DNA from: Anolis carolinensis
Lineage: Eukaryota
Reading direction: 5' to 3'
NCBI RefSeq assembly: GCF_035594765.1
Contig: NC_085843.1
Span: 263,105,971 to 263,169,970, forward strand
Length of the DNA: 64,000 nucleotides
Positions 52,016 through 64,000 of this stretch are shown here, piece by piece. Within the stretch, counting starts at the first letter, position 1. Every line of letters starts with the position of its first letter. A program made the translations under genes and the position numbers. The notes under the pieces were generated by a model. The model did not search any database. It had not been told where the DNA came from and saw only the letters and a program-made list of their open reading frames with translations.

Positions 52016-52497
52016 CATAGAATCATAGATTTGGAAGAGACCACAGGAATACACAAACAACTCTCAACAGATAGCCATCCAGTCTCTGTTTAAACATCTC
52101 CAGAGAAGAAGACTCCACTCATTCTAAGGCATATTTTCCTTGTCAAACAACTCTTACTATCAGGCACATCTTCCTATTCTGGTGGAATATCTTTTCCTAT
52201 GATTTGAATCTATTGCTCCATAGTCTCTGCAGTCACAGAAAATAAGCCTGCTCCACCTTCAATATGACATCCTATCAAATATTTAAACATGGCTATCATA
52301 TCACTTCTCAATCTTCTCTTCTCCAGGCTAAACATACCAATCTTCTCTTGGACATGTTTTCCAGACCTTTGATCATTTTGATTGCCCTCCTCCGGAGACG
52401 TTGAACCTTGCAAATATCTTTCCTGAACTGTGGTGCCCAGTACTGAAGATATATTCCAAATGAGATCTGGCCAAAGCAGAGAAGAATAGAACTATTA
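52016..52497 (-). mobile_element. CR1 LINE 3' fragment, degraded
   Basis: catagaatcatag tail; GMFSLEKRRLRSDMIAMFKYL in ORF 52210..52413. Confidence 0.85.
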
Positions 52498-52945
52498 TTT
52501 GCCCAGACACTGTGCTCCTATTGAACATGATTAAATATTAACCAAATATTCATTTCAAAATATGTATTCCTGAACAAGATGAGTACAAAAGAATAACACA
52601 GGCAATTTCTCATATAACCTCTAGGTAAAAGTGCACTCAAACTTTGCAACACCAGTAAAAATATCTCCAAGTAAGTACTCTGCATTTTTCGGTGTTCTAG
52701 AAAAGGGAACCAATGTTGGATTTTCATCCAAACAATCCAAGAATGCCAGCAGTGTGAGGTTTTATCAAGGTTCCTAGGCAGCTTTTCCTATGTTCAGCAT
52801 GGAATATCAGGTTGACAGAGGAACAAATGAGCACTATTTTGTTTGGATAATCCAAGAATTGCATTGGTACAAATTTCCACCAAAGTTCCTAGTCAACTTT
52901 CCCTATTTTATGAATTTGGTATTGAAGTACCTAGAATCATTGTTA

Positions 52946-53170
52946 TCCCCAGCTCCTGCCAACATAGCAGTTCGAAAACATGCCAATGTGAGTAGATCAA
53001 TAGGTACTGCTCTGGCAGTAAGGTAACGGCGCTCCATGCAGTCATGCCAGCCACATGACCTTGGAAGTGTCTACGGACAATGCCGGTTCTTCGGCTTAGA
53101 AACGGAGATGAGCACCAACCCCCAGAGTCGGTCACGACTGGACTTAACGTCAGGGGAAAACCTTTACCTT
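52946..53170 (+). mobile_element. Sauria SINE, 5'-truncated
   Basis: Diagnostic body and acctttacctt tail. Confidence 0.9.
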
Positions 53171-53216
53171 ACTATTTATATTTATATATTTATATATTTA
53201 TATATTTATATTTTTA

Positions 53217-54858
53217 CTAGCTGTGCCCAGCCACGCGTTGCTGTGGCAAAGTGGTGGTGGTATTGGTTAAAAATTGTTGTGGAATTTTTATTTGATGTTA
53301 TTTGTATTTTTTTAATTAATTTTATTGTAACTTATCTTTTTTATTTAATATATTTTATTATTTTCTTGTATTATTGTTAGTTATTTTGAGTTATTATAGT
53401 ATTTTATTGTATTAATTTTAGTGTTTTTAATTATTTTTTAGTGTTTTTTATTATTATTGTATTATTTGCATTTATTTTATTTTTATTCTTTCATTATTAT
53501 TTGTGTTTTTATGATTATATTTTATTATTTGTATGTATTATATTTTATTATTTGATTATATTATTTTTATTTATGTTTTTTTAATTGTATTATTTTATTT
53601 TATTTGTTTTTTGTATTTATTTTATTATTTTTGTTTCTCTTTGTATTGGGTTGCTCTGAGTTCTGTGGTCTGCCTGGTCATGTTCCAAATGTATTCTCTC
53701 CTGATGTTTCGCCTGCATGTATGGCAGGAATCCTCAGAGGTTGTGAAATGTGTTGTAACGAAAGCAAGTGGGGTTTATATATCTGTGGAATGACCAGGGT
53801 GGAAGAAAGAACTGTTGTCTGCTTTAGGAAAGTGTGAATGTTGAAATTGGCACTAAATAGCCTTGTAGCTTGAAAGCCTGGATGGTTCCTGCCTGCCTGG
53901 AATGAACAAAATGTGGCTCCCAGTATTAAAAAAATCTGTGAAATCAGGACAGTTAACTAAAAAACAGCACTGAGCAATCAGGTAATTCCAGACATGATGC
54001 ACTGAGGGCCAGCTAACATCTCCCAACAAAGGATTCCTCTCTGGAGCAGGAAGCAGCCAGGCCTTGAAGGTGCAAGGGCATTCAATGGCAATCAAGGTGG
54101 AGAAGTGGAACATTCACAGTCGCCTGAGACAGATCAGAGTTGTCCCATCCTGGATATCATTGCTGAGATAGAAATAAACATCCCACTTGTCTGTTTTCAA
54201 ACAGATCTTATAATCTCTGAGGATGCCTGGCATAGACATGGATGGCCGTTTGGCAGCAGATAGGGTCATGAGGGAATGGGAGGTTTAATAGGCTTTTCCT
54301 GAATCCCTTCTTATTATCCAACATATTCAGTTATCCAATGTTCTGCCAGGGTGTTTATGTTGGATAAGTGAGACTCCACTGTATATCTTATATTATCTGC
54401 TTAGAACTGGATTATATGAGGCTCCTTCTACAGAGCTGAATAAAATGCACACTGAAGTGGATTATATGGCAGTGTGGACTCAAGATAATCCAGCTCAAAG
54501 CAGATAATATAAGATTATAAATGGGTTATATAGCTGTGTGGAAGGGCCTTGAGTCTACAATGCCATATAATCCAGTGCAAATTAGATCATCTGTATTTTA
54601 TAGGCAGTGTGGAAGAGAGAGTGAGGCCTGAGTAGGTTGCTAGGAGACCAAGTGGGCGGAGCTTAGTCTTCTAACTGGCAGCAATTGGCTAAAGACAATT
54701 ATTCCTCTCCCTCTAATTAGGACTTTTTCTTTTCTTTTTGTTGTCGGAACGTAGGGGCAAGGATGGTGGATTGTGCTGCCAAATTTCTAGGTTCTGGGGC
54801 ATGTACTTTTGTTGTTTAGTGGCAGGGGAGGACACCATTTGTCTTTTATATATATAGA
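53217..54858 (-). mobile_element. Composite non-autonomous Helitron
   Basis: Minus strand: A|TCTATATATATAAAAG ... hairpin GCCAC-agcaacgc-GTGGC, then tgggcacagCTAG|T; no TSD. Confidence 0.8.
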
Positions 54859-55834
54859 TATTGTTTTAATTGGATTTTCATTGCTATGTTTTAATTATGT
54901 GTAGGCATCGAATTGTTGCCAATTATGTACGCTGCCCTGAGTCCCTTCGGGTGAGAAGGGCAGGATATAAATGTTGGAAATAAATAAATAAATAAATAAA
55001 TCATGTTCTCACGTGAACATGCACTAAATGCTCTGTTTTATAGAAGATAACACAAATTTAGAAATTACTGGCAGAAGTTTGCACTAAATAGATCTTTTTA
55101 TAGCAGGTCCAAAACAATCTTACTTGTTTTTTTAAAATATTTTATTACTGCTTTTCTGAAATAGTGAGACACATATATAATGATGTCGAGACAAACCATT
55201 TGACACATAGAACGACTACGGCTGACAAACCACGTAACAATCCCGGTGAAAAGAACAGATGGAGAACAGGAAAGAAAGGGGGGAAAAAGAAAATAATAAT
55301 AATTATTATAATAATGAACAAAAAATAAAAATAAAATGGTTAAAATGACAAATGACAAAGTACACATACACAACAATGTGTGAATAAATATATATATGTA
55401 TGTGTATATATATATCATACCACTCAACCCCTGCCCCGATAGTGCACATAAAATCTGACTTCCATCTAATGCCATATCTGAAGAAAGGGGTGCCTTCTGA
55501 AAAGTACTGTATATGTGCATGTATAAATTGACTTCATGCATAAGCTGACAGCAGATTAGGAGCCAAAATTATGGATTTTAATGTGGTCCATGGAAAGTCA
55601 AAAATTATTCCATGGGGAGAGAAAAGGCCAACAGCACTTCTGGAGACCAGTTCTCCTGGCCATCACCAGCATTTTCATACTTAGCATTCAAAAAGCCCAG
55701 AAGCAGCATTGCAGTGGTAAGATCAATGTTTCTTTTGGGTTTCCCAGGTCAGAATAAGCTCTTCATTTTGGCCATGCTACTCAGAGAATGGGATGGTTCC
55801 TGTTTTCATAAAAGTTATTATACAATGCTTACAC

Positions 55835-56420
55835 AGAATCGTAGAATCTTAGAGTTGGAAGATACCACATGGACCATCTAGTCCAACCCCCTACCATGCA
55901 GGAAAAACCGAAGTACCCCAACAGATGGCCATTCAACCTCTCTTTAAAAGCCTCCAAAGGAGGAGCTTCCAAATGTCGAACAGCTCTTACAGTCAGGAGG
56001 TTTTTCCTAATGTTGAAGTGGAATCTCCTGACTGTAATATGAACCCTTTGCTTCGAATCCTAGTTTCCAGAGCATCAGCCTGTTCCCTCGTCCTTATGAC
56101 ATCCTTTCAAATGGCTATCATGTCGCCTCTCAGCCTTCTCTTCTGCAGGCTAAAGATAGCCAGCTCTTTAAGACGCTCCTCATAGGGCAAGGCCTCCAGA
56201 TCTTTGATGATTTTAGTGACCCTCCTCTGGACACCTTCCAGCTTGTCAATATCTCTCTTAAAATATGCTGCTCAGAATTGGACACATTATTCCAGGTGAG
56301 GTCTGACCAAAGCAGAATAGAGAGGCAGCATTCCTTCCCTCGATCTAGACACTATACTCCTTTTGATGAGTCCAAAATCTCATTGGCTTTTTTAGCTGCT
56401 GCATCACATTGTTAGCTGAT
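55835..56420 (-). mobile_element. CR1 LINE 3' fragment, apparently nested in a Tc/mariner-type MITE (~55508-56508)
   Basis: Colinear with the 16707 CR1; outer degenerate inverted ends ctgtatatgtgcatgtataa / ttatacatgagcacatctag. Confidence 0.8.
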
Positions 56421-58029
56421 CCATCACACTAAGTTATGGATAAATCAACCCAGCTTTAGGGTCCAATTTTTGACTAACATTTCTAGACTTATACATGAGC
56501 ACATCTAGTACATAAATTAAAAGCCAATATTCAGCTTGTAAACTGTACATTATAATAAGCCATTACTAATGACATATATTAATTTAATATTGCATTTTAT
56601 GAGGATTTGTATCTATTTATGACCAAATTTCATTTTCTCCCATAAAATACTTAATCAGTTCTGATCTCTACATTATATTATATTATGCCATTTTATCTGG
56701 AATCATCTATTCCCAAAAGGAGAACACCAGGATCAATCCACCTAAATGGGGAAGACCATCAAAAACTCAGACTATGTGATCCTACAAATTTTCTGATACT
56801 TCAGTTCCCATCATTCCTTACCACTGACTATGCTGGGTAGTGCTAATAAGCACAGTAGTCCAACAATATCTGGAGAATGTTTGAAACTAGGTTTACATTT
56901 CACAAGGCAACTTTTTGAATGGAAAAGTTACACCTGCAAAACTTCTGTAAAATGGAGTGTGGCATTTTATCTGAGCAGATATCAATGAAACAATTTTCAA
57001 TGAAACATTCAAAATTTAAAGAGGCTGTGTGCTTGGTATGATATTTAGCAGCAGTTTCAGTCCCAGCGTGTTCTCGCTCTCCCCCAAACACAAGAACTGA
57101 AAATGTGACATCACACTACAATGGAAAACTAGCATCACAACTTTCACATTCATTATGCATTAGTCACTGAAGGGATATGCCATTGAGAAAAATTTAAACT
57201 GCCAAAATCTCAAACTTCTGTTATGAAATTAATATGAATTCCCTTGTATCAGGAATAGCCACAGGGGAGCTTCCTAGTATGAAATCAGGTCATACTAAAA
57301 TGTGAAACAGACAGGAAAGAAGACAAAGCTGGAGCAAAAAGGAAAGGAAGATATGCCTAGCAGGGCATTTTAGTTACTGAAAAGAAAATATATAAACAAA
57401 TAAACTTCTGTATTTTCCTAAGTAGTGGGATAGTGGTTTCAGTGCTTGATGACATTATAGCAATTATGGTTTGGCAAACCTCGCTCAGCTGCACTGGGTG
57501 ACCTTGGGTGAGTCACACACACTCAGCCCCAGAAAAACCCCTCGCTTTGGTCTCACTCACCCAAAATGTTCAATAAAAGTATCTAGTAATTTGCTTTCCT
57601 TTTCACATGAACTTTAAATACTAGAGTCATTTTTTGTTATGTGTCAGCTAGTTTTTCCATAACAGACTGAATTTATAAGAATATCTAAGTCTGTCATGCT
57701 TTTGAAGACAAAGGGGAAAATTTCAGAAAGTGTGCTGACGGGGACTAATTTGAATAGTGTACACAGAAATCTATTGGCCATCCAACTAAAATAAGAGTGG
57801 AAATAGTTGACTGAAGAGTCAAAAATTAAGCTGATATTACTGATTTAATGAGCTTGCTATAATTGCTTTATTTGTGACTAATGATATGCATTTCTGAGTT
57901 TAAATTCCTTTGTTTTATATTTTAAAAAGACAACATGAAACAGTATAATCCTGGCACAAGAATACAGTATAATCCTATGTCTGTTTGTTTTTTTTAAAAA
58001 AGTAGTAATATTATTAGTATTAGTATTAG

Positions 58030-58320
58030 TATTTGAAGCCTGGTTTTTCTCTCTAAAAAGAGACTCTAAAAACCAATACAATTAAAAACCTATAAATATA
58101 CAAACATAAAAACAGAATCAGATATTAGCAACATTAAAAAATAAACAGTTAAAAACTTATTCATAGATAAAACCACAGGACCACCTGAGCTGATCTTAAA
58201 AACTTCCTTCTCCAAAAGCCTTTCCGAATAAAGAGATTTAGCCTCCTGCCACAAAAATAGCAGGGAGAGGGCCATTCTGATTTCTCTGGGCAGGGACTTC
58301 CTATAGAGTTGAGTGGCTGC
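58030..58320 (-). mobile_element. L2 3' end, degraded
   Basis: KSLPREIRMALSLL in ORF 58090..58335. Confidence 0.6.
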
Positions 58321-58839
58321 TCCCAACTTCCTCAAAATATTTATTGGATTGCTTCATTAATGTTACGTTGCGTGTGTCTACCAGATACAGAGTCAGTCTG
58401 AATGTTTCCTCTCAGGTCCGTCCAGGCTTTGTGTACATTTTAATAATCCAGGGTGAGTGATAAACCTCTGTTAACTTGGAATTAAGGGGATCCCATTTAT
58501 GACATTTGAGGGACTCTCCCAAAGTTTTCAGGTCAAACTTGGCCATGCAACAAGTGCTTCCTAAAGAGACTAACAAATTGTGTTTCCTTTGTTGTGTGTT
58601 TGTAAGTCTTATCTGTCATTCTCTGGTCCAGATGAGTAAGTAATCTGGTTTTATTCAAATTAGACCAACTGCTATATTTATAACCAGCGTGGCTTCGATT
58701 ACATAAGACTGTGGTATAGTGTGCCTTTAAGACTACTCTCATTTCAGTACAACACAGTTCTTTATAGTGTCACATAGTGACGCGCATAAAAGTGATTCTA
58801 GAGGAAGAAGATCATAGAATTGCACTAGAGGACACAGAG

Positions 58840-59712
58840 CAGGCCTGCACAACATGCGGCCTGGGGTCTGGATGTGGTCCTCACAAGGCTTCAGTGCTGC
58901 CCACAGCAGCTCTGACCCTAAACCTTAGAGAGGGAGGTCACATGCAGCCAGGGGCGGTTCAACCGTTAGGCCAAGTGGGCGGTTGCCGAAGGCGCCATCC
59001 TCTGGGGGGCGCAGTTGAGGCATTTGGAGTACTGGGAATGACATTTTAATGGGTATCGGACCTTTATTCAGGGATGTTGGAATCTTGGACTCCAGGATAT
59101 GTAAAAATTTAACATTAGATTGTTGATAAAGAAGATTGGATTGGTCATAAAGAAGAAGGGCCTTATTCCTTGCCTCTGCCACTCTTCCTTCCTCTTTGCC
59201 TCTGTTGTCTCTTTCTTATCCAGTGGCAAAACCACCAACTCTGCACCATTTGCTTGTGAGGGAGAAACTTGGCTCTGGGATGTCTCTTCTCCTCCAGTGG
59301 AAAAAACCACAAACTTCCTGCCATTCATTTTCTTCACTTGTGTGAGAGAGACGTAGCTTCACAATGAAATTGTTGTGGGGTCTTCATAGCAAAGCTAAGT
59401 TTCTCCCTCACAAATGACAGAAATGAGCAGTGCAGCGTTGGTGATTTTCCCTTCCAGAGGGGAAGGAGATGAGAGCAGCAACCTAGAGGCAAAGAGAAAG
59501 GAAGAGCAACAGAGACAAGAGCTGAGGCAATTCTTCTCTTCTTCAAAAAAGTACTGCAACTCACAACCATGCTGAGTGGAGGCAGGAAAATTAAGGCTAT
59601 GCCACTTTGCTGTTTGCTCTGAGGGAAACCCAGAGCAGGGCACTGAAAACTGATCTGTGGCCCGAAAATCTTTACTTTTAGCCCCTTACTACTGCCAAGA
59701 TGTGCAGGCCTG
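58840..59712. mobile_element. Non-autonomous hAT-like element with internal direct and inverted ~70-bp repeats
   Basis: CAGGCCTGCACA ... TGTGCAGGCCTG termini; TSD weak (acacagag/acctcgag). Confidence 0.6.
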
Positions 59713-60571
59713 ACCTCGAGATTCCTAGAGAGAATATTTTAATCACATTCATGAATATTCAAATCCACAAAAGTCCACTCTAAATGTGGAGGGCTGACTG
59801 TAGATAATTAATTCAATGGGATTAGCTATTTGACAGCATTTATTCATCCTTAAAATAGTACCTGTATATGTGTGCATTACAGTGGTAGTGACAGTTGTTT
59901 GACCTGAGACTACATGGCCTCCAGAAAATCCCGCTGGGATTCAAATGGTTAAAACCACATATCTTGCTAAAAGATAAGACAGCACTGCAAGAGAAGGGGC
60001 TATTTCCTCTCCTTGAACAAAGGGGAGGAGATCAAACAATCATCTGAGGACAACTCAGGAAGAAAACTACAGAGCAGCCAAATATTTGAGTCCCGGGGGG
60101 GGGGGAGGGGGGGATAGGGTGAAATACAAATAAAGTTATTTATTTGTCTGTTTATTTTGCTTCTGCTCAGCTGAGGATTTCATCTAATAGAATCACAGCA
60201 ATTAAATTTATGTCCATACTATAATTGTCTAGTGTGAAAATACTCTGGGACACGTAGGCATTAAAGCTGATCCCACCAGTCCATCCTTTCGTTTAATATC
60301 CTCTAGTTGTTTCTGGTAGATAGAGAATGGGAAATGGACCAAAATACTCAGAAGGAATCAGGTCCTCTGTGATCTAAGCAGGGCTAGCCCCAGTTAGTAC
60401 TTGAATGGGTAGTAGAGGTAGTGCAGATTGCATTGGTGACACCCCCCCCCCCCCACTCAGAAGGGTGACACCAATATGACTTGCTTATAAAGTTTTTGCA
60501 AAATATTTCAGCAGAATGTGTTATTGAAAGCTTTCAAGCTGGAACAACAACAACTACTACTACTACTACTT

Positions 60572-61130
60572 AATTTTTTTTTCTCCCGCCACAATCCCCC
60601 GGAGGGACTCGGGACAGCTTACATGGGAACAAGCCCAGACAACACAGGTTAAAATATAACACAGTAAAATTACAAATAACAACATCATAAAACATAACCA
60701 TCAGCAAACAATCAATAGCCTAACATAGTGGCCATTTACTCAACTACAGGGCAAGGCAGGAGATTGTGCAATATAGTTGCAAGGACAGGGCTGATGAGAA
60801 AGTGCAAGAACCAGATGATAAATTGGGCTAGAAGGGCCAAAACATTTTGAGCAAAACAACTATAGGACAGGGACAATGGTAAAGTGCAAGAGCAAGATGT
60901 TGACTTATGGCTGGATATGCCGCAATTTCTCACAAACTACCTAATTAAAAGCACAATGGAACATCCATGTATTTAATTCTTTACAGAAAGAGGATAGGGT
61001 GGACGCTAATCTAATCTCCCTTCGTACCAACTGCAATTTCTGGGCCGTCTTCAAGGGCAGCCCCATGTAGAGCGCATTACAGTTATCCAATCTGGAAGTA
61101 ACTAAGGCATAGCTAGAAAATTCTGATACC
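60572..61130 (-). mobile_element. L2 3' end, internally deleted
   Basis: ALVTSRLDNCNALYMGLP..KLQLV then REIRLAS..LSSF in ORF 60941..61132; L2-type tail. Confidence 0.7.
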
Positions 61131-61922
61131 ATTTGATATCAGAGGAGGTCCATAGGGATGATGTCATGAATTACCTCACTAGTGACATCAACGCTAGTGG
61201 TGCCACTGGATGGGTACTAACAAAATATACCAGATAGTGTAGGCTATCTCACCAATCCACAACTCCCAGGATTCCATAGCTTTGAGTCATGGTAGTTACA
61301 GTGGTGTCAAACTGCATTATTTCTACAGCACAGATGTACCAAAAGACTTGGTGAGCAGCAGTATTCATCAGTTTCATGATGTATTAAAAGATGATCCCAT
61401 GTACATTGCCATATAATGTTGCTTGAAACTGCATCATATGGGCTGCGGCAAACGCAGTGGGCTAAACTGCCAACTACAAAAGATCTTGCCAACTGGAAGG
61501 TTGGCAGTTCAAGCTGCAGGTCAAGGTGAGTTCCCACCATCGGCCCCAGATTCTGCTTACCTAGCAATTTGAAACAACAATGTGAATAGATAAATAGATA
61601 CCGCTTTGGCGGGGAGGTGCCCTGAAAAACATGCCGACAATTTGATCAGGAGGCCTGAAACAACCACCCATGACTAAGATGTCAGCAGGATAAAACCCTG
61701 CCATATATCCATGCTATATTCCAGTTCAAAGCAGATAATGTGGGATTTTATTCAGCTGTGTGGAAGGGGCCCAAGTGAATACATTTTTCGAAAGTACCAG
61801 GTGTTTGTTGTTAACTGGTGCATAATTTTATTGAGTCAGTGATTATTAAAACTATGATGACACAAAAGTACTTATTAGTGCCTGCTTAGTTTCTTTGGCT
61901 TTTTAAAGCAATATTGTTAATT

Positions 61923-61963
<41 letters not shown>
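61923..61963. repeat. (AAC)n microsatellite
   Basis: Direct reading. Confidence 0.95.
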
Positions 61964-61964
<1 letters not shown>

Positions 61965-62433
61965 AATAATTTATTTGTAAAGACAAGAAACAACGCCAAT
62001 CATTCCAACCAAATGTGGATGCTTTGGAAATAAGACATTGCATTTTGTGGCACTTTTGTGAAATTATATTTCCGTTTGCCTCTGGAAGCAATGGGGAAAT
62101 TCTACCAACAGCAGCTGAAACAGATGCAGGAGGAAAATCTGGGGTACTTTTGCAAACTTATGTAGAGGAGTGTGTAACTATTTTAATCTGCCCCTATATT
62201 GATGAAACAAAGGAGAGTGTTAAAGATAAGGAGAATTTCTACCAATTGGTGCTGGAAGAATCAATAATAGTTAATAATAAGCCTCAGTGGTATCATCTTG
62301 AAGGCATACAACAAGGGATGTGAAAGCTGAAACTGGTGGCAGAATGATACTTTGGAGGACTGGAAGGAGCAAGTTTTATGCAATGTGCTACAGCCCAGAA
62401 ACCACAAACATCCCAAAGGAGTGCTACTCACAA

Positions 62434-62474
62434 CCTCTGAAGATGCCTGCCATAGATGTGGGTGAAATGTCAGG
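62434..62474 (+). ncRNA. Minimal type I hammerhead ribozyme motif in a Penelope terminal repeat (62428-62527)
   Basis: CCT-CTGAAGA-T-GCCTGC-catagat-GTGGGT-GAAA-TG-TC-AGG: core boxes intact, stem II pairs with G.U wobbles, stem I CCT/AGG. Confidence 0.6.
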
Positions 62475-63326
62475 AGAGAATACTTCTGGAACATGGACAT
62501 ACAGCCTGGAAAACACACAACAACCCCAAAGGAGTTACTGTTCTATGGAGGGTTTTATGTAACAAAGATATAGCAAAGTTAGAGTTCAAAAGTAGCAGAA
62601 GTAGAAGTTTACTAAATTGATTTACTAAATTGATGTGATGCTGATAAAATTAATTATTCATGTTACTTCTGAAATAGAACTTCATTGCACTGTTGTTATA
62701 ACGATCAAAATTGCCTTCCTTAAAAAAATAATTTTTAAATTGTACGGTTAAGATTTTGCAAGCACATTTTGACAGGATTTTGCAAACATGGAAAGAAGAG
62801 ATTGTGTTTTCCTGCATGGCAAGGGGTTAGACTGGGTGGCCCTTATTTTTTATCCCTTATGATCTCTTCCTATGTGTCTATTATTCTATGGACATCTGAT
62901 TGAGAGTTGATGGTGTATCTAGCGTATCCCACCCCCACCCCCATTTTTCCAGATGGATCTAAAATCAGTGGATGGCAACTGCAGGAAAGCAATAAAAATC
63001 AAAATATGCCCACACAAAGGCATGTGCAGATACATCCAATGAAAAGGGGAAATGAAATAGGGAAGTAATATACTACCAGAGGCACTTGAAGTGGCCAGCT
63101 TCTGGTCAAAGGAAATTCAGCACAACGCAAAGTGTTTAACTTTGTTTGTGGTTTTTCTACACATTACAGCTGCATTCTCAATTTGCTTTATTTATTATTA
63201 TAAATAAATAATTGAGAACCATGTGTCATTGTTCCCCTTCTCCCATTGTCCTTAATGTAATTTATTTTTTATGCAACACAAACATAATATATAAATTTAA
63301 TATGTCATACAAAATGGATCTACTTT

Positions 63327-63895
63327 TATCTACTTCAAGATATTTCAGGTTGGGATAAATTACCTATTTTTGGAAACAGACATACTAAAAATATTAGAGA
63401 ATTTTTAATCCATACAGATTTAATCACTCCCATTAGTACACCGAAGAGCACCCTGAGAGGCCATTATCCTTGTTGTCACTGTAAATGTTATCCTCAATCT
63501 TGGAAGACCAAGGAGATATATAATCATAGGAACAAAGTGGGTACCACACGAAAACATTTTGCCACTTGTAATAGCAGCAATGTAATCTATCTCTTGACAT
63601 TTGACTGTGATTTCTGGTATATTGGAAAGACAACCAGACCCTTGAGAATCAGAATCTCTGAACATAAATCCAGAATCAAAAATTTATCTACAGAATCTCT
63701 TTTATATTCACACTTCATTCAATACAGGCATTCATCTACCTCATTTAAATTTTGTGCTCTGGAATGCATTACTCAAAAACCTTATATGGACTTGGAAAGG
63801 TATTATCCCAAAGGGAAATGTACTGGATCTTTAAGTTTAAAACCTTCTCCCCTCAGGGACTTAATGAATCACTTAATTTTAGCTGTTTCCTTTAA
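63327..63895 (+). mobile_element. Penelope-like (Neptune-type) element 3' ORF: Cys knuckle + GIY-YIG endonuclease, one frameshift
   Basis: LLQDISGWDKLPIFGNRHTKNIREFLIHTDL..GHYPCCHCKC..TCNSSNVIYLLTFDCDFWYIGKTTRPLRIRISEH..; after a frameshift at ~63800, QREMYWIFKFKTFSPQGLNE..FL* (TAA 63893-63895). Confidence 0.85.
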
Positions 63896-64000
63896 ATTAC
63901 CAAGTACTCTTTAAAAACCTTTGAATGAACCTCCAGAATCACTCGCAGTTGAAATCATCACAAGCAGAGTCACTCAGTGTAAGCAATTAGGCACTATGTA

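Noticed and set aside
62015-62323. 102-aa ORF with a faint resemblance to a LINE endonuclease (..KENFYQLVLEE)
   Set aside because: Too degenerate to assign; no evidence of a gene.
63048-63057. EICE-like GGAAATGAAA (also 51572-51581) as immune enhancers
   Set aside because: An 8-position motif is expected a few times by chance in 64 kb of AT-rich DNA.
30100-64000. IL12A or another downstream host gene expected from synteny
   Set aside because: No exon with recognisable IL-12 p35 similarity found by eye; short divergent exons could be missed, and TBLASTN would decide.

Overview
Vertebrate (squamate) nuclear DNA, most likely an Anolis-type lizard judging by the Sauria SINEs, CR1/L2/RTE LINEs, Penelope elements and hAT MITEs. 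The only host gene I can support is the 3' part of SCHIP1 (IQCJ-SCHIP1) on the + strand. It has six GT-AG coding exons (3577-3695, 18461-18578, 19360-19557, 21723-21846, 22928-23021, 29280-29331) that splice in phase into 705 nt (234 aa + TAA), followed by a ~0.75 kb 3' UTR with AATAAA at 30036. The rest is intronic or intergenic DNA rich in transposable elements. I found no convincing new protein-coding system. The most interesting signals are RNA and TE structures: (1) minimal hammerhead-ribozyme cores in Penelope terminal repeats; (2) a non-autonomous Helitron carrying pieces of three other TE families, including an inverted Penelope with a hammerhead; (3) a solo LTR flanked by an abnormal 43-bp direct duplication; (4) an 81-bp inverted duplication in a SCHIP1 intron that extends beyond the MITE it contains; (5) a mariner fragment resembling the bird galluhop family; (6) a nearly intact Neptune-type Zn-knuckle/GIY-YIG frame. 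Family assignments come from recalled motifs, not database searches, and TE boundaries are approximate unless a TSD is given.
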